The translations under genes and the position numbers were made by a program. A stretch of 63,204 nucleotides of DNA, filler included, from Octopus bimaculoides (Eukaryota), in the NCBI RefSeq assembly GCF_001194135.2. It is 5 parts of 4 records of this genome, joined end to end, with 100 filler letters (N's around TTAATTAATTAA, not from the genome) between each part and the next. Parts side by side here need not be neighbours in the genome. Positions count along the whole stretch, not along the records: positions 11,038 to 25,649 come from NC_068996.1; positions 25,750 to 42,806 come from NC_068981.1; 3 more parts are not named here. One strand, written 5' to 3'. This document shows positions 24,821 through 37,388 of the stretch, piece by piece; the stretch's first letter is position 1, and every line of letters starts with the position of its first letter. The notes beneath the pieces are model-generated. The model was not told the origin of the DNA and made no database searches. It was given only the letters and a program-made list of their open reading frames with translations.

Positions 24821-25275
24821 TGGTCATGAATGACCATGGGATTGCACCTAGAAAGTTCCCCTCCGTGGCACAAGTCCAGACAAGGTTGTTTATGGAAGAC
24901 CAGCATTCACCTATGCATATCAGCTTCCTATCTTCACGCCATTATGTGTACATAGTGTAAAGGGTAAAGACCCCCTTCGGTCATGACTGACCATGGGATT
25001 GCACCTAGAAAGTTCCCCACCGTGGCACAAGTCCGGGCAAGGTTGTTTATGGAAGACCAGCAGTCACACATGCATCTCAGCCTACTCTCTCCATGCCACT
25101 GATATTATCCAAGAGAAAGGCAAAGGCCGATACAGCCTGGCACCAGTGACGTTGAAACTCATTTCTACAGATGAGTGAACTGGAGCAACATGAAATAAAG
25201 GGTCTTGCTCAAGAACACAATACACTACCTCATGACTGTGAGCCCGACGCTCTAACCACTGAGCCATGTGTCTTC
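24821..25275. mobile_element. SINE-associated repeat with an approximately 130-bp tandem duplication and a minus-strand tRNA-like head
   Basis: ggtcatga..tgaccatgggattgcacctagaaagttccc occurs at 24822 and 24979. Head at 25230-25275 (minus strand atggctcagtggttagagcgtcgggctcac). Confidence 0.65.
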
Positions 25276-25749
25276 ACTAGAAATACATTTTCACTAACAT
25301 TACTATGTCGTTCTTAATCGTTGGCGCCAATAAATTGCTGAACATATTCCATTATATGACATATTTACGCTCTCAGTCTTAATTTTTCGTATCATCTTAT
25401 ATTCTACAGGCACAGCAAGCAATTAATCGAGCAGTAACGTTTTAGTCTTTGATCTATAGTTTTATATTACTTTCGTGGGTTTCCTAAAAAATAAAAATTA
25501 AACGGAATTTTGTTTAAGAATGAAAGTATAACAGTGAAATCAGAAAACGAACATCACTAGTCAAACGGGAGGTGGTGGGTGAAAACTTCTGAGTTCCCAA
25601 CCTTCCGAGTTCTTTTACAGAGTTTATATATATATATATATATATATATNNNNNNNNNNNNNNNNNNNNNNNNNNNNNNNNNNNNNNNNNNNNTTAATTA
25701 ATTAANNNNNNNNNNNNNNNNNNNNNNNNNNNNNNNNNNNNNNNNNNNN

Positions 25750-25973
25750 ACCATTTCGAGCGTGGCCGTTTTCGTGCGGGTGACACGTAAAAGCACCCAC
25801 TACACTCTCTGAGTGGTTGGCGTTAGGAAGGGCATCCAGCTGTAGAAACTCTGCCAAATCAGACTGGAGCCTGGTGTTGCCATCCGGTTTCACCAGTCCT
25901 CAGTCAAATCGTCCAACCCATGCTAGCATGGAAAGCGGACGTTAAACGATGATGATGATGATGATGATGATGA
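25750..25973 (+). mobile_element. RTE-tail-type repeat with (GAT)n tail
   Basis: gttaggaagggcatccagctgtagaaac...gcatggaaagcggacgttaaacgatgatgat shares its 3' end with the RTE LINE at 38743-39492. Confidence 0.8.
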
Positions 25974-26321
25974 CTGCTATATTGTGTAGAGTTAAAGTTT
26001 AGTGTTAGTCAGAGGATTATTAAGAAGAATAATTATAATAAAAGGATAAAATGTTTTATGAATATTTTTGAGTATATACCAAACTTTTACCACAATAGAA
26101 GGAGGAAAAGAAATTATCCAGAAATAGTTTAATATTTATACATATTATAAACTTAAATACTAACTTATCAGATGGTTTCAGTGAATATTGATCAATTGGT
26201 ATATACTGGTATTTAATAAAGGAGTATTGAGGTAAAGGAACATGCTAAATATATTTTAATTTAATTATAATCTAAGCAGTTTATTTTAAGTAGTGAATAT
26301 ACCATTATTATTATATATAAG

Positions 26322-27018
26322 CTAAGTATGTTTAAAAGTTGGAAGAAGGCAGTCTGAGTCAGCTGCTTCTTTTGGTTGTCTCCACAGGTATACTCGACTG
26401 GTGGTTGGAAATAAGGTAAAGGATGACTTGTCCAAGAAAATAACATTCTTCCACAGCTCTAGAGACCAATTCTGTATGTTTTTACTCCATTCTAAACACT
26501 TTGCAATGTTTGTTTTTGAAAGTAGTGGTTTTCTGATTGCAGCCCTCCTGTGAAATCTAGCTTTGTGCAGCTCCTGGCAAACAGTTTTTGTGGAAACTGG
26601 GTTCTTGGGGTGGACATTAAGCTCTGCAGTAATGTTTGGGTGCTGTACTTTAGTGATCCTTTCTAACAATTCACATAAGAGTCCGACTGTCCCTATCTGT
26701 AAGTTTTGATTTTCTTTCGGAGTTTTGTTTCGATGAGGAGGCTTTTCCCTCTTTTTCAAAAGCTGTCATTACTTTCGAGACAGTATTTCTTGATACACCA
26801 AACATTCTGGCTGTTTTCGTTACTCTAGCGCCTGCCATACGAACACCAACAATTTGACCTCTTTGAAAATTCGATAGATCTGTCATTTTAATGAATTTTA
26901 ATTACCTTATTCTAATGATATCTGAAAAGAAACAGCAATTTTAGCAAAACATATTAAGCAACACTAACAATAGATAAAAAAAAACATAAAAATAAACAAG
27001 CTTTTGACGGTTTTATAG
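26322..27018 (-). mobile_element. Tc1-family DNA transposon, 5' half, frameshifted
   Basis: MTDLSNFQRGQIVGVRMAGARVTKTARMFGVSRNTVSKVM..., then VSTKTVCQELHKARFHRRAAIRKPLLSK...WKNVIFLDKSSFTLF (first D of the DDE motif). Confidence 0.9.
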
Positions 27019-27372
27019 NNNNNNNNNNNNNNNNNNNNNNNNNNNNNNNNNNNNNNNNNNNNNNNNNNNNNNNNNNNNNNNNNNNNNNNNNNNNNNNNNN
27101 NNNNNNNNNNNNNNNNNNNNNNNNNNNNNNNNNNNNNNNNNNNNNNNNNNNNNNNNNNNNNNNNNNNNNNNNNNNNNNNNNNNNNNNNNNNNNNNNNNNN
27201 NNNNNNNNNNNNNNNNNNNNNNNNNNNNNNNNNNNNNNNNNNNNNNNNNNNNNNNNNNNNNNNNNNNNNNNNNNNNNNNNNNNNNNNNNNNNNNNNNNNN
27301 NNNNNNNNNNNNNNNNNNNNNNNNNNNNNNNNNNNNNNNNNNNNNNNNNNNNNNNNNNNNNNNNNNNNNNNN

Positions 27373-27556
27373 CACTATCACATATAGAAAAATTAACAAA
27401 TAAAAGCACGATAAATGAGTATAATATAAAGCAAAGTAAATATCATAAGATAAATATAATATAATATTATTATATTTATCTTATGATATTTACTTTGCTT
27501 TATATTATACTCATTTATTGTGCTTTTAATTGTTAATTTTTCTATATGTGATAGTG
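27373..27556. repeat. 184-bp AT-rich spacerless palindrome abutting an assembly gap
   Basis: cactatcacatatagaaaaattaac...|...gttaatttttctatatgtgatagtg, centred near 27465; the left side is cut by the gap. Confidence 0.85.
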
Positions 27557-29159
27557 GATTTTCATCGATGAGTTCTTGAAACTTGGTTATTTTCCCTAAA
27601 ATTATATATTTTATATATATTTTATCTATAAAGCTTGTAAGGGATGACTGTGTGAACTCAAAAAGGAGAAATGGTGACGAATGGAAAAACAGAGGACTCC
27701 TTTTATTTAAACGTGTCACACGGTCGAACACACAAAATATATATATATCAAATGATGATATACAAATTATGTTATACGACGATAACATATGTGACCAGTA
27801 ATGAAAGACCACAGCCGTATTAGATGAATAACAGAAATATTTATTATGGCGTTAAAGATGTATGTCTGTGTGAAAGTGTGAATGCGACATATAAGAACAT
27901 AATCAAAGACAGGCCGTCGTACAAAGAAAAGTATGTATGTGAATGATACAAGTGTGTGTATGTGAAATATTACAGCAGAGAAAGAGAGTCAATAACATGT
28001 GAGCAATTATACCAGTTCTTTAGTACACTATAGGAAAAGTTCTGTATGTGAAAGTGAGGAGAGGCTGAGTGTGGCAGAGCTGATCACTAGTTGTGATGTC
28101 GTGGCATCGATGCCGGGCCGTGATTCTTGTTNNNNNNNNNNNNNNNNNNNNNNNNNNNNNNNNNNNNNNNNNNNNNNNNNNNNNNNNNNNNNNNNNNNNN
28201 NNNNNNNNNNNNNNNNNNNNNNNNNNNNNNNNNNNNNNNNNNNNNNNNNNNNNNNNNNNNNNNNNNNNNNNNNNNNNNNNNNNNNNNNNNNNNNNNNNNN
28301 NNNNNNNNNNNNNNNNNNNNNNNNNNNNNNNNNNNNNNNNNNNNNNNNNNNNNNNNNNNNNNNNNNNNNNNNNNNNNNNNNNNNNNNNNNNNNNNNNNNN
28401 NNNNNNNNNNNNNNNNNNNNNNNNNNNNNNNNNNNNNNNNNNNNNNNNNNNNNNNNNNNNNNNNNNNNNNNNNNNNNNNNNNNNNNNNNNNNNNNNNNNN
28501 NNNNNNNNNNNNNNNNNNNNNNNNNNNNNNNNNNNNNNNNNNNNNNNNNNNNNNNNNNNNNNNNNNNNNNNNNNNNNNNNNNNNNNNNNNNNNNNNNNNN
28601 NNNNNNNNNNNNNNNNNNNNNNNNNNNNNNNNNNNNNNNNNNNNNNNNNNNNNNNNNNNNNNNNNNNNNNNNNNNNNNNNNNNNNNNNNNNNNNNNNNNN
28701 NNNNNNNNNNNNNNNNNNNNNNNNNNNNNNNNNNNNNNNNNNNNNNNNNNNNNNNNNNNNNNNNNNNNNNNNNNNNNNNNNNNNNNNNNNNNNNNNNNNN
28801 NNNNNNNNNNNNNNNNNNNNNNNNNNNNNNNNNNNNNNNNNNNNNNNNNNNNNNNNNNNNNNNNNNNNNNNNNNNNNNNNNNNNNNNNNNNNNNNNNNNN
28901 NNNNNNNNNNNNNNNNNNNNNNNNNNNNNNNNNNNNNNNNNNNNNNNNNNNNNNNNNNNNNNNNNNNNNNNNNNNNNNNNNNNNNNNNNNNNNNNNNNNN
29001 NNNNNNNNNNNNNNNNNNNNNNNNNNNNNNNNNNNNNNNNNNNNNNNNTCCGATCTTATATATATGCATACATATATATATACATACATATATAAATACA
29101 TATATATATACATATATGTACATACATATATATGTATATATACATGCATATATGGGTAC

Positions 29160-29745
29160 AAGACGTCATAAAATGTAAAGAACATGAAATATGAAATATG
29201 AAGACAAACTTGTATGTGAACAACGAAAGAAACAAATGGAAAACAAGACATGTAACATAAAGAATGACCCTTCATCAGTTGTCGGCTGTTTATCTACTCC
29301 ACATTTCGAGCAATTCATGACAATATGTGCCTTCGAGAAAACAGTTAATACCACGAACCAAAATAAAATTTGGGATTTGCAGAGGGTCAAAAACAGGACA
29401 GTGAAAACAAACAATGAGGGCCGCTAGGCCATATGAGGTAAGGTGGCGAACGCTGGAGGAACAATGACGAGAAGATATAAGGAGAGGAGACAGACAAGAA
29501 TGCATCTGGTCTGTGATACAGACCAAAAGAAAAGAAAGATGATCACTTGGGGAAAAGAAAGATGGATGATGGTCACATGTGAGTAATGGGAGAGTAAAGG
29601 AGAAAGAAGGAGAGAGAGGGACAGATAGAAAACGGTGAAGGGGAGAAAAAGGAGTTAGAGAAAGGATGAGAGAGAAAAATGAAAGGGGGAGAAGGGGAGA
29701 AAAAAAGAATTATACTTACATAGGATCGTTTGTAGAAATGCATAA
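29160..29745. mobile_element. dispersed repeat homologous to 42288-42740; family unidentified
   Basis: Shared atctactcca..., aatttgggatttgcagaggg and purine-rich blocks. Confidence 0.6.
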
Positions 29746-29811
29746 ACCCAGAAGAGAAGCACACTCTAAGATGTAGAGCAGTTAATATTATAGTGGGGTA
29801 GGCCAGTTTAT

Positions 29812-29872
29812 GGGGTTACCCTGGGTTTCTTGCTCATAAGGAGTTTGGCCTTACAGCGTATCTTCAGACCCC
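29812..29872 (-). ncRNA. type I hammerhead ribozyme with intact core
   Basis: Minus strand ggggt-CTGAAGA-tacgctgtaagg ccaaact ccttatgagcaa-GAAA-cccAggg-TA-acccc: 5-bp stem I, stem III ACCC-A-GGGT with a 1-nt loop, GUA site. Confidence 0.8.
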
Positions 29873-30289
29873 AAACACTGGTGGCTTGAGACCTCTTCAA
29901 AATATAGAGGAGGAAAGGCTTCGATTTTAAGGGTAAAACTCTAGGTGATTATCTCCCTTTGCCATTGACCATTGATCTTTGGTTGCGCTACCATCTTGCG
30001 GTCACCAAAGCACCATAAAGGTAAACGATTGTCACCCTTTGGCCTTGGCTATTGGTTTCTGGCTGTGGTGCTGCCATGCAGATTATGGAAGCACTACAGC
30101 CGGAAACCAATAGCCAAGGCCGAAGGGAGACAATCGTTTACCTTTGTGGTACTTTGGTGACCGCAAGATGGCAGCGCGGTGGAAGATCAATGGACAATAA
30201 CAAAGGGAGATAATCACCTAGGGTTTTACCCTTAAAAATGAGGCCTTTCCTCTTCCATATTTTAAAGAGGTTTCAGGCCAGCAATGTTT

Positions 30290-30350
30290 GGGGTCTGAAG
30301 ATATGCCGTAAGGCTAAACACCCCATGAGTGAGAAACCCAGAGTAACCCC
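30290..30350 (+). ncRNA. type I hammerhead ribozyme, mirror copy
   Basis: ggggt-CTGAAGA(30295-301)-tatgccgtaaggctaaacaccccatgagtga-GAAA(30333-36)-cccagag-TA-acccc. Core intact; stems II and III partly decayed. Confidence 0.7.
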
Positions 30351-30360
30351 ATGAACCAGC

Positions 30361-30560
30361 ATATATATGTATATATAAATATATATATATATGTATATAT
30401 ATATATATGTATATATATATGTATATATATATATATGTATATATATATGTATATATATATATATGTATATATAAATGTATATATAAATATATATATACAT
30501 ACATATATACTTGTACATAATACATATATACTTGTACATATATGCATATATACACCCACA
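30361..30560. repeat. (TA)n-rich microsatellite
   Basis: Directly visible. Confidence 0.9.
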
Positions 30561-31302
30561 CATGCACACACACAGAGTCCAGGCCATATTTTGTCATAAT
30601 ATTAATATGATCTAATATGTTTTCAAATGTTAAAATACCACAAATATTTTCAAGTATTATGCAAAACAAGAGCCTTGTCTGGGCACCTTAAGCCAGTTTA
30701 TCATGTTTGTGTGAGTTTATTGTGTAGTGTATAGGTGTGTTTGTGTGTGTAGATATAGATAGACTGACTGACTGACTGATTTTATGTTATACTTAGAAGC
30801 GAATTTTACTGGAATTTTTTGACTTGGGTCCAGTAGAAGAAACAACTCTAAATCCTTGTTAGATTGTCTGTATAAACAAAGTAATGACAGGCTAATTTGT
30901 AATGACTTCGGGTTGTATAACTTATAATAATGCAGTCAGGTCAAATATTGATCTGTTATTAGTGATACCAGCTATTTTTTTTTTATGTCTGTAGAGCTGA
31001 AATTTGTCTAAGCATGTGGTTGATTGCGGATACTTGCTACTAATCACATAGCAATTGCACTACTGCTGCTGGACACTTCTTATCTGTTACAGATGCACGT
31101 CTGTGCTTTTTAGCACTGTATGTTGATAGGAGAATTTTTATGAGGCAAGTGAAATCTAAATCGAGTTAAATTTGATGTCTGGCACCCATGCCAACGTCGT
31201 CTCCCTCATTGGACATGAAACTCAGCTTGCGAAGACTTGTTGGGGCAAACGAAAGCGAAATCGTGATGGCACATTTGTGTGTGTATAAGTTTGTCTATAG
31301 GC

Positions 31303-31355
<53 letters not shown>

Positions 31356-31417
31356 CACACACACACACTCACACATACATACACAAACACACACACATCT
31401 ATATGTGTGTGTCTATG

Positions 31418-31477
<60 letters not shown>

Positions 31478-31609
31478 CTTCCTGTCACCAACTCTCATCT
31501 ATTTCCAAGCAGGATACTTTTAACCTATGGGTGGACATATTTTCATGGAAGATTGAAAATGAACACCACATGTATGATGGCGACAGGCATGCACACACGC
31601 ATGCGTGCG

Positions 31610-31646
<37 letters not shown>

Positions 31647-32117
31647 TTCTTTCAATGTCTGTCTACCAAATTTGTGCACAAGGATTGGCCTGAAGTTATA
31701 GTGGAAGATACTTGTGCAAAGTGCCACATATGGTTGGAATGAAGATTAAATCTCATGGTTGGAAAGTAGTCTTCTCAACTATGCCTCTGAGTGTGTGTAT
31801 GTTATAATTTTATTGATAGTGACTTCCAAGTTTAACCAAATATTTGTCTATGCCATGCATTTTGCTAAACATTGTCATTAAAATTTTAATGAATGTGAAT
31901 CTCTACACTTTTATTGTGTTTAATAAAATTTAAAAAATAAAAACACTAATTTTTCATTGTACATACATACACATGTGTATGTATGTATGAGTGTGTATGT
32001 GTGGGTGTGTGTATGTATGTATGTATGTATGTATGTATGCATGTATGTATATATATATTGCTTAGGAATTGCAAAACTAATATCCTGGGATTGAACTCAA
32101 TATATATATATATGATA

Positions 32118-33700
32118 CTAGCAGAAATATCCAGCGTTGCCTGGATTAAAGAAAATAATGAAATTCGAAAATGCCTTTTAGATCTCTAACATGACACATG
32201 GATTATGCAGTTCTCAACAGTAATTAGCTGAGGTACAAACTATTAATGTCAATAACATATTTTGTCCAATGTTCTCACTGTTAAAATTGTTAAAAAATAT
32301 CAGGTAGTTCTTTGTCTTTGCAATCACCTTCAATTGTCAGTACTTATTTGAAACACATTGAACCTGAAAATGCATAAACTTGAGAAGAACCAGCCTGCAG
32401 GCACTCCTCTCCTGTTAAAAAGTACATCAACTCCATGCAAAATACATTTAAATGAGCATTCATTATAACGGCATTCCCATATGCATTCTTTTCAAGTTAT
32501 TTTGATGTTACACTCGCTTGCCCTAAGTCCTATTGCACGCAAATGGAGAAAACGTTCACTGCGTATATATCGATTGCTGTACGCCAGCGTCTAACAGTTT
32601 TGGCTTTTTAATGCACAAAAAATTGAAATTAATTTTTTTCTGTGCCTCTGATTAAAATTTCCAAAAAACAAACCCAGCCACATTACTTGGAAAAAAAAAT
32701 CTTTATTGTGCTGGTTTTTCGTAAAATTTCGCGCATGGGAAAGGCAACAAAATCGTCCCTCCCCACTTTGAATGGGATATTCCTATCTTAAAAAGTAATA
32801 ATCGATTATCTCGGTAACCATGGGAGTTGGAGGGCAATAAAAATCTCCTGAACATGAGCGGACCATGCTGCCACTCTGTGCTGAATTTCACGCGATTCCA
32901 CTGCACCGTTCTCGAGTGAATCTGCCGACACTCAATCAATCAATCAATCAATCAGGCAATCAAGAACACTGCAATTTATAGNNNNNNNNNNNNNNNNNNN
33001 NNNNNNNNNNNNNNNNNNNNNNNNNNNNNNNNNNNNNNNNNNNNNNNNNNNNNNNNNNNNNNNNNNNNNNNNNNNNNNNNNNNNNNNNNNNNNNNNNNNN
33101 NNNNNNNNNNNNNNNNNNNNNNNNNNNNNNNNNNNNNNNNNNNNNNNNNNNNNNNNNNNNNNNNNNNNNNNNNNNNNNNNNNNNNNNNNNNNNNNNNNNN
33201 NNNNNNNNNNNNNNNNNNNNNNNNNNNNNNNNNNNNNNNNNNNNNNNNNNNNNNNNNNNNNNNNNNNNNNNNNNNNNNNNNNNNNNNNNNNNNNNNNNNN
33301 NNNNNNNNNNNNNNNNNNNNNNNNNNNNNNNNNNNNNNNNNNNNNNNNNNNNNNNNNNNNNNNNNNNNNNNNNNNNNNNNNNNNNNNNNNNNNNNNNNNN
33401 NNNNNNNNNNNNNNNNNNNNNNNNNNNNNNNNNNNNNNNNNNNNNNNNNNNNNNNNNNNNNNNNNNNNNNNNNNNNNNNNNNNNNNNNNNNNNNNNNNNN
33501 NNNNNNNNNNNNNNNNNNNNNNNNNNNNNNNNNNNNNNNNNNNNNNNNNNNNNNNNNNNNNNNNNNNNNNNNNNNNNNNNNNNNNNNNNNNNNNNNNNNN
33601 NNNNNNNNNNNNNNNNNNNNNNNNNNNNNNNNNNNNNNNNNNNNNNNNNNNNNNNNNNNNNNNNNNNNNNNNNNNNNNNNNNNNNNTATATATATATAGA
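32118..33700 (-). mobile_element. non-autonomous Helitron-type element spanning a gap
   Basis: Minus-strand 5' A|TCTATATATA at 33700; internal (TTGA)n; 3' ...CCAGGCAACGCTGGATATTTCTG-CTAG|T at 32118. Same terminal architecture as 7942-8705. Confidence 0.65.
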
Positions 33701-34353
33701 TGCTTCAGAAAAAAGTGTTAGATGAGCATAGAGCAGTAATAAGGAAATGAGATGACAAAAGGAGAAACGATTGAACTTCATTAGCTTACTGCTGTTTCTA
33801 CAATAAGATGTAGTGGACTCATAACTGAGTGCTTGAATAACAACTTATAGCTTCATTGGAGTCTTGAATATGAAGTGCAATTTATTTTGGAAAGAAATTA
33901 CATTTGTGCACATATATAGGGAAAGGTATTACCAATGAGAAAATCAATACAGATCTATATAAAAAAGTGTGTGTCTGTTTATATATATATATATATATGT
34001 CATCAGCTGTCTGTCATAGGTCAATGTTGACTGTTGTGTTCAGAAATCATCTTGCTTCTCTGAATAAAATGCCTTTGAACAGTATGTAAAGCAGTTGGCA
34101 TTGTCCCTGCCACCAGACTACTTCTCTGGGTAAAGGGCGCTTCAAACAGACCATGGTGTGTTTACACCATTTTTATGTCTATGGTGAGAATATTTTCTCT
34201 ATGACAAAATGCAGTGAACATGTCTCAAACATATTTCTACTGGTAACAAGTTTACATGTATGTATGTTTGTTGATGCCTACGTACGTATGCTGGTATCTC
34301 TGTGCATCTGTATATGTATGTGTATATACATATACATATACATATATATATAT

Positions 34354-34391
<38 letters not shown>

Positions 34392-35171
34392 NNNNNNNNN
34401 NNNNNNNNNNNNNNNNNNNNNNNNNNNNNNNNNNNNNNNNNNNNNNNNNNNNNNNNNNNNNNNNNNNNNNNNNNNNNNNNNNNNNNNNNNNNNNNNNNNN
34501 NNNNNNNNNNNNNNNNNNNNNNNNNNNNNNNNNNNNNNNNNNNNNNNNNNNNNNNNNNNNNNNNNNNNNNNNNNNNNNNNNNNNNNNNNNNNNNNNNNNN
34601 NNNNNNNNNNNNNNNNNNNNNNNNNNNNNNNNNNNNNNNNNNNNNNNNNNNNNNNNNNNNNNNNNNNNNNNNNNNNNNNNNNNNNNNNNNNNNNNNNNNN
34701 NNNNNNNNNNNNNNNNNNNNNNNNNNNNNNNNNNNNNNNNNNNNNNNNNNNNNNNNNNNNNNNNNNNNNNNNNNNNNNNNNNNNNNNNNNNNNNNNNNNN
34801 NNNNNNNNNNNNNNNNNNNNNNNNNNNNNNNNNNNNNNNNNNNNNNNNNNNNNNNNNNNNNNNNNNNNNNNNNNNNNNNNNNNNNNNNNNNNNNNNNNNN
34901 NNNNNNNNNNNNNNNNNNNNNNNNNNNNNNNNNNNNNNNNNNNNNNNNNNNNNNNNNNNNNNNNNNNNNNNNNNNNNNNNNNNNNNNNNNNNNNNNNNNN
35001 NNNNNNNNNNNNNNNNNNNNNNNNNNNNNNNNNNNNNNNNNNNNNNNNNNNNNNNNNNNNNNNNNNNNNNNNNNNNNNNNNNNNNNNNNNNNNNNNNNNN
35101 NNNNNNNNNNNNNNNNNNATATATATATATATATATATACAACAAAGTCGTAAGGTACCACACAAGTGAAA

Positions 35172-35442
35172 ATATATATGAAAGAAGGTTTGAAAATGCA
35201 ATTTTATAGATGTTTATTCACTTGACCTGTTTCACTTTTTTAGAAAAAGATTGGCAAAAGTAAAATGTAAAGCTTTCAATGAGCTTTGTTGTGTTAAGTA
35301 CTGGTTATCACATGTGATAACCAGTACTTAACACAACAAAACTTTACATTTTACTTTTGACAATCTTTTTCTAAAAAAGTGAAACAGGTCAAGTGAATAA
35401 ACATCTTTAAAATTACATTTTTAAACCTTCTTTCATATATAT
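35172..35442. mobile_element. 270-bp spacerless palindrome flanked by TA, with decayed hammerhead-like motifs
   Basis: Centre CACA|TGTG at 35312/35313. Right arm actt-TTGACAA-tctttttctaaaaaagt-GAAA-cagg-TC-aagt (35353-35394); mirror on the minus strand at 35220-35261. Confidence 0.8.
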
Positions 35443-35751
35443 TGTTATGATTTAATACAGAATTATTAACTTGGATTACATTACTCTAATGCAAGCCAAT
35501 AATGGAGTGAATATGTGAGCCACTACAATGTAATATATACTCAAAAATGCATGCTGATTAAAAAAAACAGAACCTAAATATCCACATGCAAAATGTATCA
35601 TGCCACTTAAAAACAAACCTATATGCAAATTAGAAAGCAGTCAAAAGTTCACTTTAAAAGGACATGAGGTAAACGCACGAAATAAAGCAGAGTCACTAAA
35701 CTTAGTTTGATACTTAGTCAGAACATAGAATTAAATTTGAGCAATGTAACA
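35443..35751 (-). repeat. 3' LTR of the Gypsy element
   Basis: Direct repeat of 38417-38721 with about 10% mismatches by eye. Preceded on the minus strand by PPT GGGGAGG (35752-35758). Confidence 0.95.
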
Positions 35752-36053
35752 CCTCCCCAACAAGTATGGAATATAAAACGTAAATTACACAGTATCACAA
35801 CAAAATTGAGCACAAATAAATCAGTATTATGACACAATATTCCTGAGGTTTTCTTCGTCTCCTTGATCTTCTTGGATGTTAACAACTGTATTCTGGAGTT
35901 GAGTTAATGTCACTAGGTGGTAACGATGAGCTAACAGACTAGTCTATAACTTGACATTCTGAATCATGGAAAGGTGTATCTCCCAGATCTTGGTCATCTT
36001 CTGAAGAATATTGAGTTTGCGATTGTTCTAGATGATGTCTCCAAATGGGACCT

Positions 36054-36700
36054 CTAGGTACAACTTGAACATGAAACATTCACGTTCCTTGTTTCTACTT
36101 TGGGACCTTTCAGAATGCCTTGTTTGGAAAGTATGTGTCCCAAATATTCCACTTTGGGTTGGGCGAACTGACACGTCTCTCTGCGACATCGAAGACCTTT
36201 TTCCTGTAGACGCTGAAGTAAATGTTTCAGGTTCTGGAAGTGAGACTCTGCATCCGGACCACTGACCGATATGTCATCAAAGTAGACACCAACACCTGGT
36301 AGATCGCTTGTGATGTCATCCATTATCTTTTGAAAATACCCAGGAGCTGAAGAAATTCCGAATGGCAACACATTTTGAAGTGAAACTCCTTGGTGAGTGC
36401 TTAAAGCTAGATATCTTCAACTCTCTGGAGCAAGCTTGATTTGGTTGTAAGCATCTGCGAGATCAATTTTTGTGAATCCATGACCTCCTCCTAATTTTGC
36501 ATCAAATCTTCTGGTGATCGAAGTGGATGTCAATGAATTTCCAGCTGAGAATTTACTGTCACAGAATAATCACCACAAATTCGTAAGGGCGTACCTGCAA
36601 TTGGTGACGTCTGTTTTTTTTTGGACTGGAACAACTAGAGTACCACATTCATTGAATTGAACTGGAGTTCAAATTCCTTTCTTTATGCCAGCATTAATAG
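36054..36700 (-). pseudogene. Gypsy reverse transcriptase, broken
   Basis: LPFGISSAPGYFQKIMDDITSDLPGVGVYFDDISVSG...CQFAQPKVEYLGHILS (YxDD motif). A 22-bp tandem duplication near 36695-36735 and indels break the frame. Confidence 0.9.
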
Positions 36701-37016
36701 CTTAATAGTTAAACAGTTAATAGCTTAATAGTTAAATCAGCTTGGAGAGCAAAAGGAACAGACCTTGGTTTGCAGAAAACAGGCTTTGCATCGGATTTGA
36801 ATTGCACATCCAGCTCAAAACCTTGAAGACAGCCCAACTCTGGCTTGAACAACACTGCATATTCATTGCAAAGTTTCGAACATGACTCTTGCAAATATAC
36901 ATCTACTTTGCGGAGATGAGAAGATAGCACCTTTACTTCCATGTTAGATTCTTTGGAAAACAGAAGATCATCAATTGAAATCTTTAGCTTCATAATAACA
37001 TCTCGTCCTAATAAGT

Positions 37017-37364
37017 TCAAATTTGAACTTTGGAGACATGGTACGTGATGGCACAAGTTTTATGAGCATGGGGTTCAACACTGATTTGACCCATGAAAGT
37101 ACTTACGATCGGAAGAGCATGTTTGCTAGCCAATTGATACTGCAAGGTTGCTGGTTGAAGTTCTGGTTTTCTCAATTCTGACCATAATTCTTCTGAAATG
37201 AAGTTTCCTCCTGTTGCAGTGTCCAGCTCTATGTGCACCAGCTTGGAATGGATATGGACTGGAACAAGTAATTGGGGAACCCTGCAAGAATTATCAGAGA
37301 CAGTAGAAAGGTTACAAATTTCTAGACTTCTTACCGTATTACCAGTATTACTAGGATCTTGCAA
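37017..37364 (-). pseudogene. Gypsy aspartic protease remnant
   Basis: VHIELDTATGGNFISEELWSEL resembles the LDTGA..S.IS motif. Confidence 0.8.
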
Positions 37365-37388
37365 CTGCTTTCTTCCAGCATACTGACT

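Larger units (their letters stand above)
29802..30360. mobile_element. 560-bp palindromic element, each arm carrying an outward-facing hammerhead ribozyme
   Basis: Arms 29802-30077 and 30085-30360 are reverse complements around a 7-nt loop (gcagatt). The right end runs into a (TA)n/(TATG) tract. Confidence 0.9.

Noticed and set aside
29255-29315. Minus-strand ctcGAAAtgtggagta...caaCTGATGAaggg, a possible permuted (type II) hammerhead
   Set aside because: No stem III or stem I pairing could be built, and there is no downstream GAAA.
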